A DNA stretch of 64,000 nt, from positions 9,079,306-9,143,305 of the forward strand of contig MU057349.1 of the NCBI GenBank assembly GCA_013239625.1. Reading direction: 5' to 3'. This document shows positions 25,670 through 37,975 of this stretch, piece after piece. The position numbers and the translations under genes were made by a program. Every line of letters starts with the position of its first letter. The stretch's first letter is position 1. The stretch comes from Lama guanicoe. Lineage: Eukaryota. The notes under the pieces are model-generated. The model was not told the origin of the DNA. It did no database searches and saw nothing but the letters and a program-made list of their open reading frames with translations.

Positions 25670-26070
25670 GGCTGTTGGTGGTTTTTCATGGTCCTTCTTC
25701 TGTCAACAAGAATGTGGCCATGTGACCCAGGCCTGGCCTAGCACTGTACCCCATCTTCCTTGTCCTGGGAATAAACGCTTGACCCAAAGTTTCTCTCTCT
25801 TCTGGCTCAAAGACTAAAGGTCTCACACCAATGCATGACTGTGACAGTAAAGAATGAGGTCCAGAAAGTGAGACATGAAAATGATGGACAGGTCCCCAAG
25901 AGCTAGGAGGACAGATGCCTGCACTGAGCCACTGGCTGCGGGGTCTGAATTCCTATAGTTTTTCTTTTGATCAAGTGAGCCTCCCCAGTACTTCACACAG
26001 TTACGTGAGCCAACAAATTCCCTTTTCTTGCTTAAGCTAGTTTGCACTGGATTTCTGATACTAAAATTCT
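25670..26070 (+). mobile_element. Old MaLR LTR (MLT1K/L-like)
   Basis: ggccatgtgacccaggcctggcc...cagttacgtgagccaacaaattcccttttcttgcttaagctagttt. Confidence 0.65.
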
Positions 26071-26563
26071 GCAGAACCTCTAGGAAAGAAAGCAACCTTC
26101 TGGTCATAGTCCAAATAAGGATAAACTGCAAAAACCCTGGGCTGGATGTGAGGCTTTATGGGCTATTCCACTGGCAGGACTCAGTTTTCCTATTTTAATG
26201 GGGCTAATGTGAGAGGTTCTTAATCTCTCTTCTCTCATCTTTGTGGAAATGAATATCCAAACAAGTTTTCTGCAGTGCTGGCTAGCTGGCTGCAAGGTAG
26301 TGAAGTATTCAGACACAGAATTGATAATTTCAAAAAAACAGGAGTAATGAGCAGTGTCAATGACTTTACTGAGTAGCTCATACTTCATAAAGAAAGGTGC
26401 TAGGTCAGTAGAAACCAGAATCACAAAATTACAGAACAGTAAGCAACCAAAAAATTGGTTGTGTGCAAATAAGAGTCACCTGTTCTGGTTAGCTCAACCA
26501 AAAAAATATTTAAAAGATACTGAGTAGCCTACAGAACTCACTGGAAGGTTAGAGGATAGGGTT

Positions 26564-27006
26564 TGTGTATACAGCCTCCAAGATGGCCCCAGGGCTCCTT
26601 GCCTCCTGGTATTCATGGCCTAGTGTAGTATGACTTCTGTTTGCTAGCAGATTCTCTCTTCCCTCGGGTATGATGATGTAAGCTGCCATATTGGCGAGGC
26701 CCAGGGGCAAGGAACTCAGGGTGGCCTTCAGCCAACAGCTAGCCAGGAAATGAGGCCCTCAGTTCAACAATCCTAAGGGAATCAAGTCCTGCCCACAACT
26801 ATGTAAGTGAGCTTAGCCGAGCCCTCAGCTAAGACCACGGCCGTAGCCAACACATTACTGCCCCATGACAGATCCTGAAGCGGAAGACCCAGCCTAGCTG
26901 CACCTGGATTCTTGCTCTATAAAAACTGTGAGAGAATGAATGCATGTTGTTTTAAGCTGCTAAATTTGGGGGTAATTTGTTCTGCCAATAGTAGGTAACT
27001 AATGCA
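26564..27006 (+). mobile_element. MaLR LTR (MLT1E/F-like)
   Basis: gcctccaagatggcccc...ggcaaggaactcagggtggcc...tgttgttttaagctgctaaatttggggg...aactaatgca. Confidence 0.85.
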
Positions 27007-27084
27007 AGACTTAAGTAGGAAACTCCCCTCGAAGGAAGGAAGGTACAGTTTAAATCCCAGTTTAAGAACAGCTTGCCATGTACA

Positions 27085-27312
27085 GGAACAGAAAATAGAT
27101 TCATGTTGCATGGGTCTGGGGGCAGGGAGGGAGGAGGGGGGTGACTGCTAACAGGCACAGAGTTTTGGTGGTAGAGAGTGATAAAATTTTCCTAAAACTA
27201 ATTTTGGTGATGGTTGCACAAGTCTGTGAATATGCTAAAAGCCAATGATTTGCACACTTTAGATGAGTTGTATGGTTTAAGTTATAGCTCAGTAAAGTCG
27301 TAACTAAAAAAA
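27085..27312 (+). mobile_element. L1MB-like 3' end
   Basis: gactgctaacaggcacagagttt...ggtgatggttgcacaa...gtgaatatgctaaaa. Confidence 0.8.
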
Positions 27313-27924
27313 AAATGACTGAACTGCTATTAGATGTTGTTATTATGTATATTTTCTCAATGTAAAATAAAGTAGACATGTTACAAAACAACACAGGACC
27401 AAACAAATAAGAATCAGCTGTTTGCCTAGGACTGACACTACCACCCAACGCTCAGGTCACACTGTGGACCCTTAAATCTTCCACAGCTGCCAAGAACAAT
27501 GTCTGTTTGACCCTACATCTATGCTTGAACCTATCCACACCCAGGATTTCAAGGCAGAGACACCTAAGTGCCTAGAGCTTGGATCACAACGGGAAGCTCT
27601 AGCAACAGATGAGGGAGAACCCTCGGCCCCTTGGGCTTCCACAGTGGAAGGCAGAGCCCCCCATCTATCCAGATCCCCCATCGCAGTGATGTCTGAAGAA
27701 TGATTGTAGTGACCTTCTCTGGACCACACAACCAGAGAACAGTCCTGGATGGGTGCTAAGAACCAAAAATTAAAACTCCCTTAATTCTGGACCTGATTGA
27801 GGGGAGAGATGGACAGCCTCCTTCAAGATCCATCCCTGAGTGCTACACAGAAGGAAGCAATTGACAGAGTTCTTTATTCCTTGCTTATTATCTATGTCTG
27901 TCTAGCATCAGAGTGAAAGCTAAT

Positions 27925-28135
27925 AAGTAATCATAATAGCAACCATTGACTGAGAGCTTTCTATGTGCCAGGTCCTGTTGTAAGCGCTTCATACATAATA
28001 ACTCACTGACTCCTCACCTCAGGTCTACAGGGTGGGTCATATGTTATCTCTGTCTTAAAAATGAAGGAATCCAGACAGAAAGTGATACAGCCAGGATACA
28101 GTTTAAGGCAGGAAGAGCCCACACTCTGAATACCT
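27925..28135 (-). mobile_element. MIR
   Basis: ataatagcaaccattgactgagagctttctatgtgccagg. Confidence 0.65.
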
Positions 28136-28364
28136 CTGCTGGTGGCCTGACCCCCCGGCTGCCTTAATTCTGGCTGGAGAAGTTTGAATGCATCATGTCC
28201 TTCTAATCAGCTCAAAACAGAAGCTGAAGGTCAAAACCTTGTTTTGTGTTCTGCCTTTACCATACAGCAAATTTACTTACAGTAACGCCTTCATTGTCAT
28301 TCTGCATACAGTTCAGCCTCTGCTTGTCATAAACATGAGTACCAGGTGACCCAAGACTTCACGA

Positions 28365-28690
28365 GACAGTTTACTGAGCTCCTATTATGGGCCAGGCACT
28401 GAGCTCAGGATGGGGTTCACCAGGCAACCACACAAATATGGCCCCTTCCCTCCTTGAGTTGACAGGAATTTGAAAAGTCAATTACTTACGATATAATTAC
28501 AAATTACAGCAAGTGCTGTGGAAGGAATGAACAGACTAATATGAGAGACTAAAAGGGGGATAATTTAGTTTGGGAAATGGGTGAAAACTGCAGAGGAAGT
28601 AAGAATTAAGCTAATCCCTAAAGGATGAGGAAGAGGCAAGATTCAGATAGAGAGACCAATAGATGCAAAGTCCTGGGCTGGAAAAGAGGA
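28365..28690 (-). mobile_element. L2 3' fragment
   Basis: tttactgagctcctattatgggccaggcactgagct...aagtgctgtggaaggaa. Confidence 0.65.
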
Positions 28691-28699
28691 TTTGATAAA

Positions 28700-28852
28700 A
28701 AGCCTGTATCTAACCACCTCACACCCACAGATGGTTACTATAACAAAACAAAAGCAAGCAGAAAATAAGAGTTGGTGAGGATGTGGAGAAACTGGAACCC
28801 TACTGTACTGCTGGTGGGAATGCAAAATGCAGCCACTATGGCAAACAGTATG
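28700..28852 (+). mobile_element. L1 ORF2 3' fragment
   Basis: gttggtgaggatgtggagaaactggaaccc...ctgctggtgggaatgcaaaatgcagccactatgg. Confidence 0.8.
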
Positions 28853-29169
28853 CACAGAAAGTAGAGGGGGAAAAACAGTACCACCCCAAATCACTCTCTG
28901 TTCATATTTTGCTGTAACTCCTTCGAACACTTCTTAAAATAACCTCCTTTTGTTCACCTTCAAATACTCTGCACACATAAGATCATTGCAATCCCTGTTA
29001 TAAGAATGATAAAATGAAAAGATCAATTATTTAGGAACAGAGTGCAAAAGGAAGTTGCTTCACATGATTTCCTAAGCCAAATGCACGGTAAAGTTACTCT
29101 TAAAAAAGAAAAATGCACCACATGGCCTAGAGAGTCAGAAGAGAGGCTGGAGAAAGGAGTCCACTCTTA

Positions 29170-29520
29170 TGGCCCACCTGCCACAGAGCACCACTTTACC
29201 AACATATCTAATCGTATTGTTCTACTCCTATAAGGTAGATGTCCTGACCCCCATTTTAAAGACGTGTAAAACTGAGGCCCAGAGCCATTAAGTGACTCCT
29301 CAGGATCAAACTGACTGAACTGGGGCCCAAACACCAGATCAGTCCGGCTCCAAGCCCTCTCCTCTGGTGCGGTGGTTCTCAGCCCCGGCTGCCCGTTGCA
29401 GTTATGGGATCATTAACAGACTCCAGGCCCATAGGACCCAGTGAATCAAAGAGGACTGGCAGAGCGGGCGTCTCTTCGGGTGATTCTGATGCACAACCAG
29501 AACTGAGAAAACGTTGCTCT
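29170..29520. mobile_element. MIR (-) followed by a MER5-type hAT MITE
   Basis: ccccattttaaagacgtgtaaaactgaggcccagag, then gtggttctcagcc...ggtgattctgatgcacaaccagaactgagaaa. Confidence 0.65.
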
Positions 29521-29619
29521 GTAAGGTACACCATCTCTTAGAGGCCATCTGGTCTCATTCCCTGAAGTTACAAATGGATAAACCCAGATCTACAGTGCTG
29601 GGCCCTTGCTCCAGCCCAC

Positions 29620-30065
29620 CCACACGCTGACCCTGTGCGGAGCCCCTAGGTCCCCGCGGGGCTCGGTAAATGCTAAGCGATTCTAGACTCTCGGGATCAG
29701 GAGAGACCAGGCTGCCCTTTCGTGTGACCTCAGAGCGCTGGCACGCTTCTCCTGGAGGCGCCTTTGATGCTGTAAGCTGCTCCCTCCCCCACCCCGCCCC
29801 GGGTTCCCCACGCGGGAGCCTTTGATTCCAGGCACCGGGATGGAGGGCGGGGTGTGCAGCAGCGGCTTAGGCTTTGAGAACCCGGAGGGAGGACACGAAG
29901 CCCGCACGCAAGTCTTCCAACGAGGGAAGGGGGGGAGGCGATGGGAGCGGGATGGGGAGAGACAGCGGGGTTAGGGGGAGGAGGGGAGGAAGCAGAGGGA
30001 GAAGGCTCCTGGGGACAGGGCCATATGGGGGACGGGCTGGGGCCCGCATGGGAGAAGACAACGCC
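29620..30065. promoter_or_regulatory. GC/CpG-enriched intronic patch with GC boxes and G-runs (candidate cis-element)
   Basis: Locally many CpGs; CCCCGCCCC (29792-29800), GGGCGGGG (29845-29852) and a G-run cluster at 29924-29990. Function is inferred only. Confidence 0.4.
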
Positions 30066-30229
30066 CTTGAATATCTGCCTTTCCCACCAGCTCAAGTGTT
30101 TCGAAAGTCACTTCTGGGTTCGGGCCAATAAATGACTGTTTCTCTTCTCCAGTCCTTCCCAGATTTGGCAGATAAATGGACAAAAGCAGAGCCCTAGATG
30201 GATACAGATACATATATACACATATGATT

Positions 30230-30430
30230 GATTGGTCTAACGGTTAAAGCGGACCTGGGGTTGAATCCCTGGTATATCACTTATCAGTGTGAGTTAATCT
30301 CTGAGCCTTAGTTTCTCCACCCATAAAATGGGGAAAATAGAACCCTGCCCTATGGGTTTGTTGTAAGGCTGAAAGAAGCAATGCATGTAAAATGTGAGCC
30401 AGGCCTGGCCAGCAGCACTGACGTGTGTTA
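30230..30430 (+). mobile_element. MIR
   Basis: ttaatctctgagccttagtttctccacccataaaatgggg. Confidence 0.7.
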
Positions 30431-30526
30431 TTGCTCCAGTTATGAATGCCACCCCACTGCCTCTGAAAATATCCCCTTCCTGGATAAGCCCCTGTGAAGA
30501 CACCCACATTTGTCATCATTCTAGAC

Positions 30527-30747
30527 CAGAGGTTCTCAAGGAGGTGGGTGATTTTGCCTCCTCCTCCCTCCTGGGACAAAGTCTTCAGACATTATTAGTT
30601 GTCACAAACCAAAACTTGAAAGATGCTTCTAGCACCCAGTGGGTAGAGACCAGGCATACAGTTGAGTACCGTGCATTGCCCAGATGCCACCTACAACAAA
30701 CAAGTACCCGCACCAAAACGTCAGTAGTGCGTAGATAGAGAATCCTG
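30527..30747. mobile_element. MER20 (hAT-Charlie)
   Basis: ggttctcaa...gtgattttgcc...ttgtcacaa...cagtgggtagagaccagg...caaaacgtcagtagtgc. Confidence 0.85.
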
Positions 30748-30923
30748 CTCTGATTCCCAGGGACAGTTCTTGAAACTTCCCGATTCATTCTCCTGGTGTG
30801 ACTGCGCCTGGCCTTGCTTCTCACACCTCTCTGGTTTTGTGAAGAGCTGGAGGAGTAACTCACTTCTCATTATGTAACAAACAAGTTGAAAACAAAGAAC
30901 TATGATGAACAATTATTTTAGAT

Positions 30924-31085
30924 CACTGATTCTCAATGCCACACTCATCACCAGGGGATCTTGTTAAAGTGTGTATGCTGGGCCCCATTCCCAGAGATTC
31001 AGTAGGTCTGGGGAGAGACCCAGGAGTTTTGTTTCTAACAGGTTTGCAGGTGGTGCTGATGCTGTTGGTCCAGGGTCTGAATGTG
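30924..31085. mobile_element. MER5A-like
   Basis: gatcttgttaaa...gctgggcccc...gattcagtaggtctgggg...tctaacagg...caggtggtgctgatgctg. Confidence 0.8.
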
Positions 31086-31549
31086 TAGCTGACCGACCAG
31101 ATGTGAAAGAGAAGGGCCGACAAGGGGCTGCAGTGACAGGGCAAGGTCCTCTATGGCCACTCATCTCATGAGATGGTGTCACAAAGAATTTCAATAAGAC
31201 CTTATGTCTTCCGATTAAAGGTTTGGATTTATAATGTTTGCGATTCTGTAGCAATTTTCTCCAGGGTACTATTTCAACACTTCACTCAAAATTACATTTC
31301 CACAGGATCTTGAAGACTGTGGGCTCAGAAGCAAAGGGCTTTTCTTTACCATTAAAACCTTCTCAATTCTATCACATTAACAATAACTAACAGCCCCTCT
31401 TTGCAATGCCCACCTCCTTCCACTTCGCCACCTTCTACTGTGCTGCACTTGGACTGAAGGGAGATACGTTCTCTGCTGCTGAGGCATGAATCTAGGAAGA
31501 TTCAGCTGAAAGGGAACAGAACAGGATAGAGAAGAGTGATGGACAAGGA

Positions 31550-31706
31550 CAGTGCTTTTCAAACTGATGTGCTTGCACACCACCTAGGGATCTTGTTAAG
31601 TTGCAGATACTAATCCAGTAGGTCTGGGCAGGGCCAGCGATCCTGCACTTCCAACAAGCTCCCAGGTGACGCTGCTGTCCCAGGGACCACATTTTGAGTT
31701 GCAAGT
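31550..31706. mobile_element. MER5A-like
   Basis: cagtgcttttcaaact...gggatcttgttaa...aacaagctcccaggtga...gggaccacattttgagt. Confidence 0.8.
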
Positions 31707-34700
31707 CTCTGAGTAATCCCTGCAGAGACTCATTTAGGACCAAGGAAACCTAGCCCCTCCTCTTGGCTTGTGATGCAGATGAAAGGATTTTTAGTGACAG
31801 AGCCCAGGATGGAAATCTCGTCTCCCTACCCACAGCCTGTGCCCACTCGTCCTACCTTCCTCTCCTGCTTGCTTTCTTTTTGCAGGCACCGAGTGAAAAA
31901 GTTGATTTCAGGTAGATTTTAAAATTGAGAAGATGAGACAAGGGTTGCCTTCAAAGCATCACAAAAGCAATTCCATAATACAAAAACACAAGAACTGAGC
32001 TGCTAAAAGAACCACGGTTGGAGCCCACATGTGTTTGCAGTATCCCCTTCACACCTTGGTGTGGGAAGAGGTCTGATGAAAGAAACAAGGTCCTTTGACA
32101 GGAATAAGAATTTGTTAAGCAGAACCTTCAGAGCCCTTAATCATCACAGAATGGTGTGGACAGCCTTTCTCCTGAAGAAAAGTATATAAAACAAGTTGAC
32201 CAAACTGAATGGCTGGGGGAAGGGAGGGGAAGAGCTATTTCCTTTTGTTCCTAGGAAAATGTCAAAGACTAGCATTGTTCTGCCCCCAGTCCCCTTCTAA
32301 AAATATTTGGCATCTAATCAAAGTGGTCACATGAGTAAGAAGAGCTATATTTGGAGCTGTCAATCATCTAATATTTTACTAAAAATGCAAAAAACAAACA
32401 AAAATCAAATTTATTTTATTCTCTTTATTATTTGTTTGTTATGACACCAGAGCAAGTCCTTAAGAGATAATTGTTCAAGAGTATAAACTGCTTTGGACTG
32501 GGATCTTTCCACTGTGGTTTCCTGCTCCCTCTATGCCATCTTACTTCCTTGTTCAAAACCTGTTCCTCTCCCTCAGATGACACAAAGCATCTCTTGGGGG
32601 TAGGGGGGTGGGGAGAGAAATCATTTATTAGGTGTGGGAATCAGAGCTGGCTGAAACAACTCATAGAGAACGCCAGCTCCACAGAGAAGTGAGGCGGCGC
32701 ACAGGTAACGCGGTATATTCACAGGTGAATTGTCTGCCTGTCATTTCCTAGCTGGGGGGTGGGGGGGCCCATCCCACTCTTTCTTAGCCTTAGTTCTCTT
32801 CTGCATGAAACAAGCAAACAAAATAAAACAAACGGTTATTGTGAGACAAGTGAAAATATTTGTCAGGTGTTTGGCAAATCGTAATACCTTAATAAAGATG
32901 ACTGAAAAGATCATTATTCTTATCACTAGGCAACCACTGTCAGGCTGAGGCTGAGTGCCCAGGAAGCAGGGCCTGCAGAGGAAAGGATGCCCCAGGTCTC
33001 GAGAGCAGCTCTTTTTCTTACCCTGATCCTCAGCCCTCCCAGGTTCTCAGAGGTGAATTTGGAAAGAGCAAGCACGGTCATGTACAGGGTAACTCCCACC
33101 ATCCATCTCTCTCTCTTAGCCGATCAGAATCAAGACACAACTATCACAGAATTACAGCTAATTGAATACAAAGAACAGTGCACTGCACTATGGGTACGCT
33201 GCGTTTCTCTCTTCATTAATTATTCAGTTTTTGTTTTTCTCTTGGGCAGTGAGTGTGTGTGTGTATGTGTGTGTGAGCAAGAGAGAGGAGCATGTACACT
33301 TTGCATTGTTACTTCACGGTGTGCAAGCACAGTAATTTCTCTGACCATAAACGGGAAACTGTGATATCAAAAACGTTGGCCTCCATGAAGGAAGATGAAA
33401 ATTTAAAAACAGCACTCCAACTGGTCACTTTGAGGGAAGTGGAAAAATAAGGAATAATTTCTGCCCTCATCATCTGCATTATCTGGGTAATTATGACTTC
33501 TCATCCCTCTGTTTCTCTCTTCTAACAAGCAGTCTCCCTCACGGGATTAAGACAGCCAGTGCTTGAAGCCCAGGGCTGGAGGTTTAAGCAGGAGTCAGCA
33601 GGCACCCTAGCAGCAGTGAAGCATGAAGATTTGTCACCCAGACCCTCAGAAGGCTGAGTGCTGAGCCCTGGAGGGGTGTGTACTGGGGAAAAGTTCTGAC
33701 AAGAAAAGCCCAGGGCACCACTGTTGCTTTTAGGTCTGAGAATTAGAGTGGAGTCCAAGGAAGGCTTCTAGGAGGCACTGCTTTCTCTCTGTCCTTGTTC
33801 CTCAAGGATCCTCTCACCCTTCTCACCAGGAAGGGTCCTCCGGGGCTCAGAGGGGACGGGCTCTGAACAAACTGCCCCCGTGGAGCAGCCCCAGGCCATG
33901 TTTGGCCATAAGTGTACTCAGTGCCCCCAAAGGGAAAAATGATACAATGCAGTCCCTTCAACCTTGTTTTTAACACAATAATGTTTCTGCCTTAAATAGA
34001 AGAAAAGAGTTAAAAGTTTAATCATATGGCATTTTATCAAGACACCAAGAAACCCCCTTCGATTCTCTGACCGGTGACCGCAACGTCAAGGTAGCCTGAC
34101 CTAGTGCGCAAACTCCCGTTTCAAGGATTTTCTTCACACATTTTCATTCCTGCCAGGTCTCTCTAAGTTGATGTGAATAACCCAAGGCAGACTTTTTTTT
34201 TTTCCTTTGCAGGACAATCCAGGGTCTGGTTTTCTGGTCTTCATAGGTTTTGAAGATAAAAAACCCCACCTAATTTGTAAGTTGCCTTAGCAAAACATAG
34301 CCTTCCTTCATTCCTTCCTTCCTTGGCAAACCTGTGCCAGCACCTTCCATGTGGCCGATTTTCTGTGAGGTACCCAGTATGGAAACAGGCAACATCCTCC
34401 CCTGGAGCCTCACAGCCTGCTGACTCCTCAAACCTTCAGCTCTCAGGCCCCATCAGCCCATAGATTGGGGAAAAAAAAACTGATCCAACAATTAAAAATA
34501 GAGGAATTCAAAATTTAAAATCTCTATTTCTAGCTTCTCCTGAAAAATGGAAAGATCTGGCATCCTCAGACCACCTCACTTTCCTGCATGTCAGCTTTCT
34601 ACTGGAACTAAATGCCCCTTCCTCTCCGACGTCACCCCCACTCACCCCACACACATACACACGAGAATCAACTCTCTTTGTTTATCACCTGCCCAGCCTC

Positions 34701-34714
34701 TGATCTGGAGCAGC

Positions 34715-34915
34715 ACCAAGGTCCCACCTATTAGGCACAGAAGACAGCACTGAATGCCCACAATACATTTTCTTTAGAAGGAAAACAAATAAATATAATA
34801 GTAAATATATAATAACGAATCCAGCCTAGGTTATATTTGTCTTTATGCCAATACAATTGTAAAATGTAATTTCTCACTTTTTTGATGGTGGAAGGGGTGC
34901 ACGATGGCAAAAGTC
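34715..34915. mobile_element. hAT MITE (MER96B-like)
   Basis: taggcacag...gcccacaatac...gtctttatgccaa...ggaaggggtgcacgatggcaaaagt. Confidence 0.55.
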
Positions 34916-35124
34916 ACAACTCACTGAGTATAACTGAGTTATAGCAACGCCTGACTTGGAGAATTGGTGATTAACAGGGAAAGATTTAAGCATGTAGCCT
35001 GTCTTTTTAGAAAGAACAAAAATTCACTCCCGGTTGATAAGGGAAAGCTCTTCTTTTCCGAAGAGTTCCAGCAAATAAATGGAGATTTGGGAGGAAATCA
35101 CCCTTATACACGCCCTAGTTTCCC

Positions 35125-35543
35125 CGTGTGCTCTGGTCGGGGGACAACTCCACCAACCCTCCCTTTGGGACCCAGGCACTCATTTCTCCAACCACTGGCA
35201 CTGTTGGTGCCTAACAGCTCACAGCTGAGTCTCCCCCTAGACACTGCCCTCCACGGAAGGAAGCTGCCCAGCCCAAGGTTCTGCCCCCTCCCTGGGGGCA
35301 GCCTGCATGCAAGGCTTAGCTGATACAGGGCTACAAAGCCCTGGCCTTGGCCTCAGTTTGCCTCATCTCTGAAGGACCATCCCGTCCAGAGCTGCCCGAA
35401 GCAGAGACGGGGGCCTCTGCGGCAACCACACTGCAGTTTAGCTTCTCTCATCCTCTTGCAGATGTTACCAAGCACGGTCCCCCATAAACCGGCACACAAG
35501 TCTGCAGCACAGAATCTGTTTCCCAAAGAACCCAACCTAAGAA
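35125..35543 (+). mobile_element. ERVL LTR (LTR16-like)
   Basis: cctgggggcagcctgcat...tctgaaggaccatcc...agaatctgtttccc..gaacccaacctaaga terminus. Confidence 0.7.
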
Positions 35544-35587
35544 CCCGATAAATAATGGATTCCAGCAAGAATCATCAATGGATGCCA

Positions 35588-35990
35588 TTATGAGTTGACC
35601 TGGGTCTCCCCAAAATTGCACAAGTTGAAGTCCTAATCCTGCCGGTGCCCCCAGAATGTGACCATATATGCAGACAGGATCTTTACAGTTGGACCCTGTA
35701 GGACAGGGTGAGCCCTAATCCAGTACGACTGGCGTCCTTCTAAGAAGGGTNNNNNNNNNNNNNNNNNNNNNNNNNNNNNNNNNNNNNNNNNNNNNNNNNN
35801 NNNNNNNNNNNNNNNNNNNNNNNNNNNNNNNNNNNNNNNNNNNNNNNNNNNNNNNNNNNNNNNNNNNNNNNNNNNNNNNNNNNNNNNNNNNNNNNNNNNN
35901 NNNNNCCTCCGGAATCATGGAATACATTTCTGTTGCTCAAGCCACCCAGTCTGTGCTACTTTGTTCCGGTTGCCATAGCAAACTAATACA
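35588..35990 (+). mobile_element. MaLR LTR (MLT1B-like), with an N gap at 35751-35905
   Basis: gttgaagtcctaa...cagaatgtgacc...ccctaatccagtacgactggcgtcctt; ends aagccacccagtctgtg...gcaaactaataca. Confidence 0.85.
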
Positions 35991-36369
35991 GATACTAAAA
36001 GCATCAGGTCAAAGGACTGTTGGAAGCTGGATATCCCCATGGGGTCAAAGTGCCATCCCCCAGACTTCTTAGTAACTGTAAAGGGGGAAATCAAGTTTCA
36101 CAAAGGAGGAATCTGACACTTAACCAAGAGATGAAATTTAGCATCAGTAATAGTGAAGAACTTGATGCTGGATGCCTTTTGATGGAATAAATATGACGCA
36201 CATAGCATCACTGTTGATGCATCGGTGCCAAATAGGCTTACTTTCATCTAAATATGCTTTTATACCTAGCTCCCAGTATACAGAATATGGGGCAGGGAAC
36301 AAGCAGACAATTCAAAATGTGGAACATTCTACAGAAATTGGCCTGGTCTCTTCAAAAAGTCAATGTCAA

Positions 36370-36991
36370 TATCCAGAAAAAAACCCTAATTTGAAAAGAT
36401 ACANNNNNNNNNNNNNNNNNNNNNNNNNNNNNNNNNNNNNNNNNNNNNNNNNNNNNNNNNNNNNNNNNNNNNNNNNNNNNNNNNNNNNNNNNNNNNNNNN
36501 NNNNNNNNNNNNNNNNNNNNNNNNNNNNNNNNNNNNNNNNNNNNNNNNNNNNNNNNNNNNNNNNNNNNNNNNNNNNNNNNNNNNNNNNNNNNNNNNNNNN
36601 NNNNNNNNNNGTGAAGTAAGTCAGAGAAAGACAAATATCCTATCACTTATATATGGAATCTTAAACAAATGATACAAATGAACTTACTTACAAAACAAGA
36701 CACAGTCAAAGAAAACAAACTTATAGTTACTAAGGAGGAAAGATAGGAGGAATAAAATAGGAGTTTGGGATTAGCAGATATTAACTACTATATATAAAAT
36801 AGTTAAACAACAAGGTCCTACAGTATAGTACAGGGAAATACATTCAATATCTTGTAATAACCTATAATGAAAAAGAATATAAAAAGAATATATATATATA
36901 TATAAAATATGTGTATAACTGAATCACTGTGCTGTACACCAGAAGCTAACACATTGTAAATCAAACTTCAATAAACAAAAGTTAAAATTTT
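36370..36991 (+). mobile_element. 5'-truncated camelid-type L1, with an N gap at 36404-36610
   Basis: L1 3' UTR and tail; perfect 16-bp TSD AAAAAGTCAATGTCAA at 36354-36369 and 36992-37007. Confidence 0.92.
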
Positions 36992-37641
36992 AAAAAGTCA
37001 ATGTCAAAGATGAGAGTCTATTTTAAAGACAGAGAAAAAAACAACACTCAAATGCATTTCAGTAAGCTTCGTTGAATATATGTTTAAAAAATCAATTTAA
37101 AAAGCTAGTTTGCAAACAACTAGAGAAATCTGAATACAAGCTAGATAAATTATTATTAATTTATGACAGTGTCCTTATTTTTAGGGGATGCATGTGGAAT
37201 TATTCAGGAATAAAGGGCGAAAATATCTGCAATTTACTTTTAAATGATTGAGAAAAAATTACACGCAGATAAAGCAAATGTGGCAGAAGGGTAATTATTG
37301 TTGACTCTAGTATTAGATGTGCTAGTGTTCACTGCATTATTCTTTGAAAATCTGTGTTTGAAAATGTTCATATTAAAACTTTGGGGGAAACAAATGTCAC
37401 TAAAAATCAACACACAGATACTAAATTTCACCTTTCTTCTTTTGCACCACACATTAACACCCCAACCTGTCAAACTTCCAAATCAGAATGCAGAGGGCCA
37501 GCACATGAGGATGCATGTTAAACCTTGCTTTATGACACTCAGGTGATTAAATACAGGCATACTTCTCCCTGCCCACAACTAAGTAGGCCCTAAAATAAGC
37601 GGCAAAGTCAGATAAAAAAAGAGGTAATAAAAAAAGATGTA

Positions 37642-37793
37642 GGGGAGGAGGGTATAGCTCAGTGGTAGAGCACATGCTTAGCATGCACGAGGTCCTGGGT
37701 TCAATCCCCAGTACCTCTATTAAAATAACTAACTAAATAAATCTAATTACCTCCTCCCTACACAAACAAAAAATCACAAACAAATATTTTTTT
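37642..37793 (+). mobile_element. tRNA-derived SINE (Vic-1-like), full length
   Basis: A box tagctcagtgg and B box ggttcaatccc; TSD AAAAAGATGTA at 37631-37641 and 37794-37804. Confidence 0.93.
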
Positions 37794-37829
37794 AAAAAGA
37801 TGTACATGTGGCTATATTTCTGTCTTCTT

Positions 37830-37975
37830 GATCATTTCTGAGTCTCAGTTTCCTCATCTGTGAAATGGATAGAACAAAACAAATTTGGAAGGGTTGTTTT
37901 TAGGATTAAAGATGAGGAATGTCCACAGCATGATAGACAGTAGGCAGGTGATAAATCTCCTTAGAATTGCTGTTA
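37830..37975 (+). mobile_element. MIR
   Basis: tctcagtttcctcatctgtgaaatgg core. Confidence 0.75.

Larger units (their letters stand above)
34920..37390 (+). mobile_element. Old L1MC-like 3' region, split by three later insertions
   Basis: Collinear pieces at about 34920-35110, 35545-35587, 35991-36369 and 37008-37390; similar to the element at 17575-19010. Confidence 0.65.

Noticed and set aside
37642-37720. tRNA genes (also at about 8310, 21425 and 52795)
   Set aside because: tRNA-like heads carry SINE tails, and a TSD at 37642; they lack a proper acceptor stem. They are SINEs.
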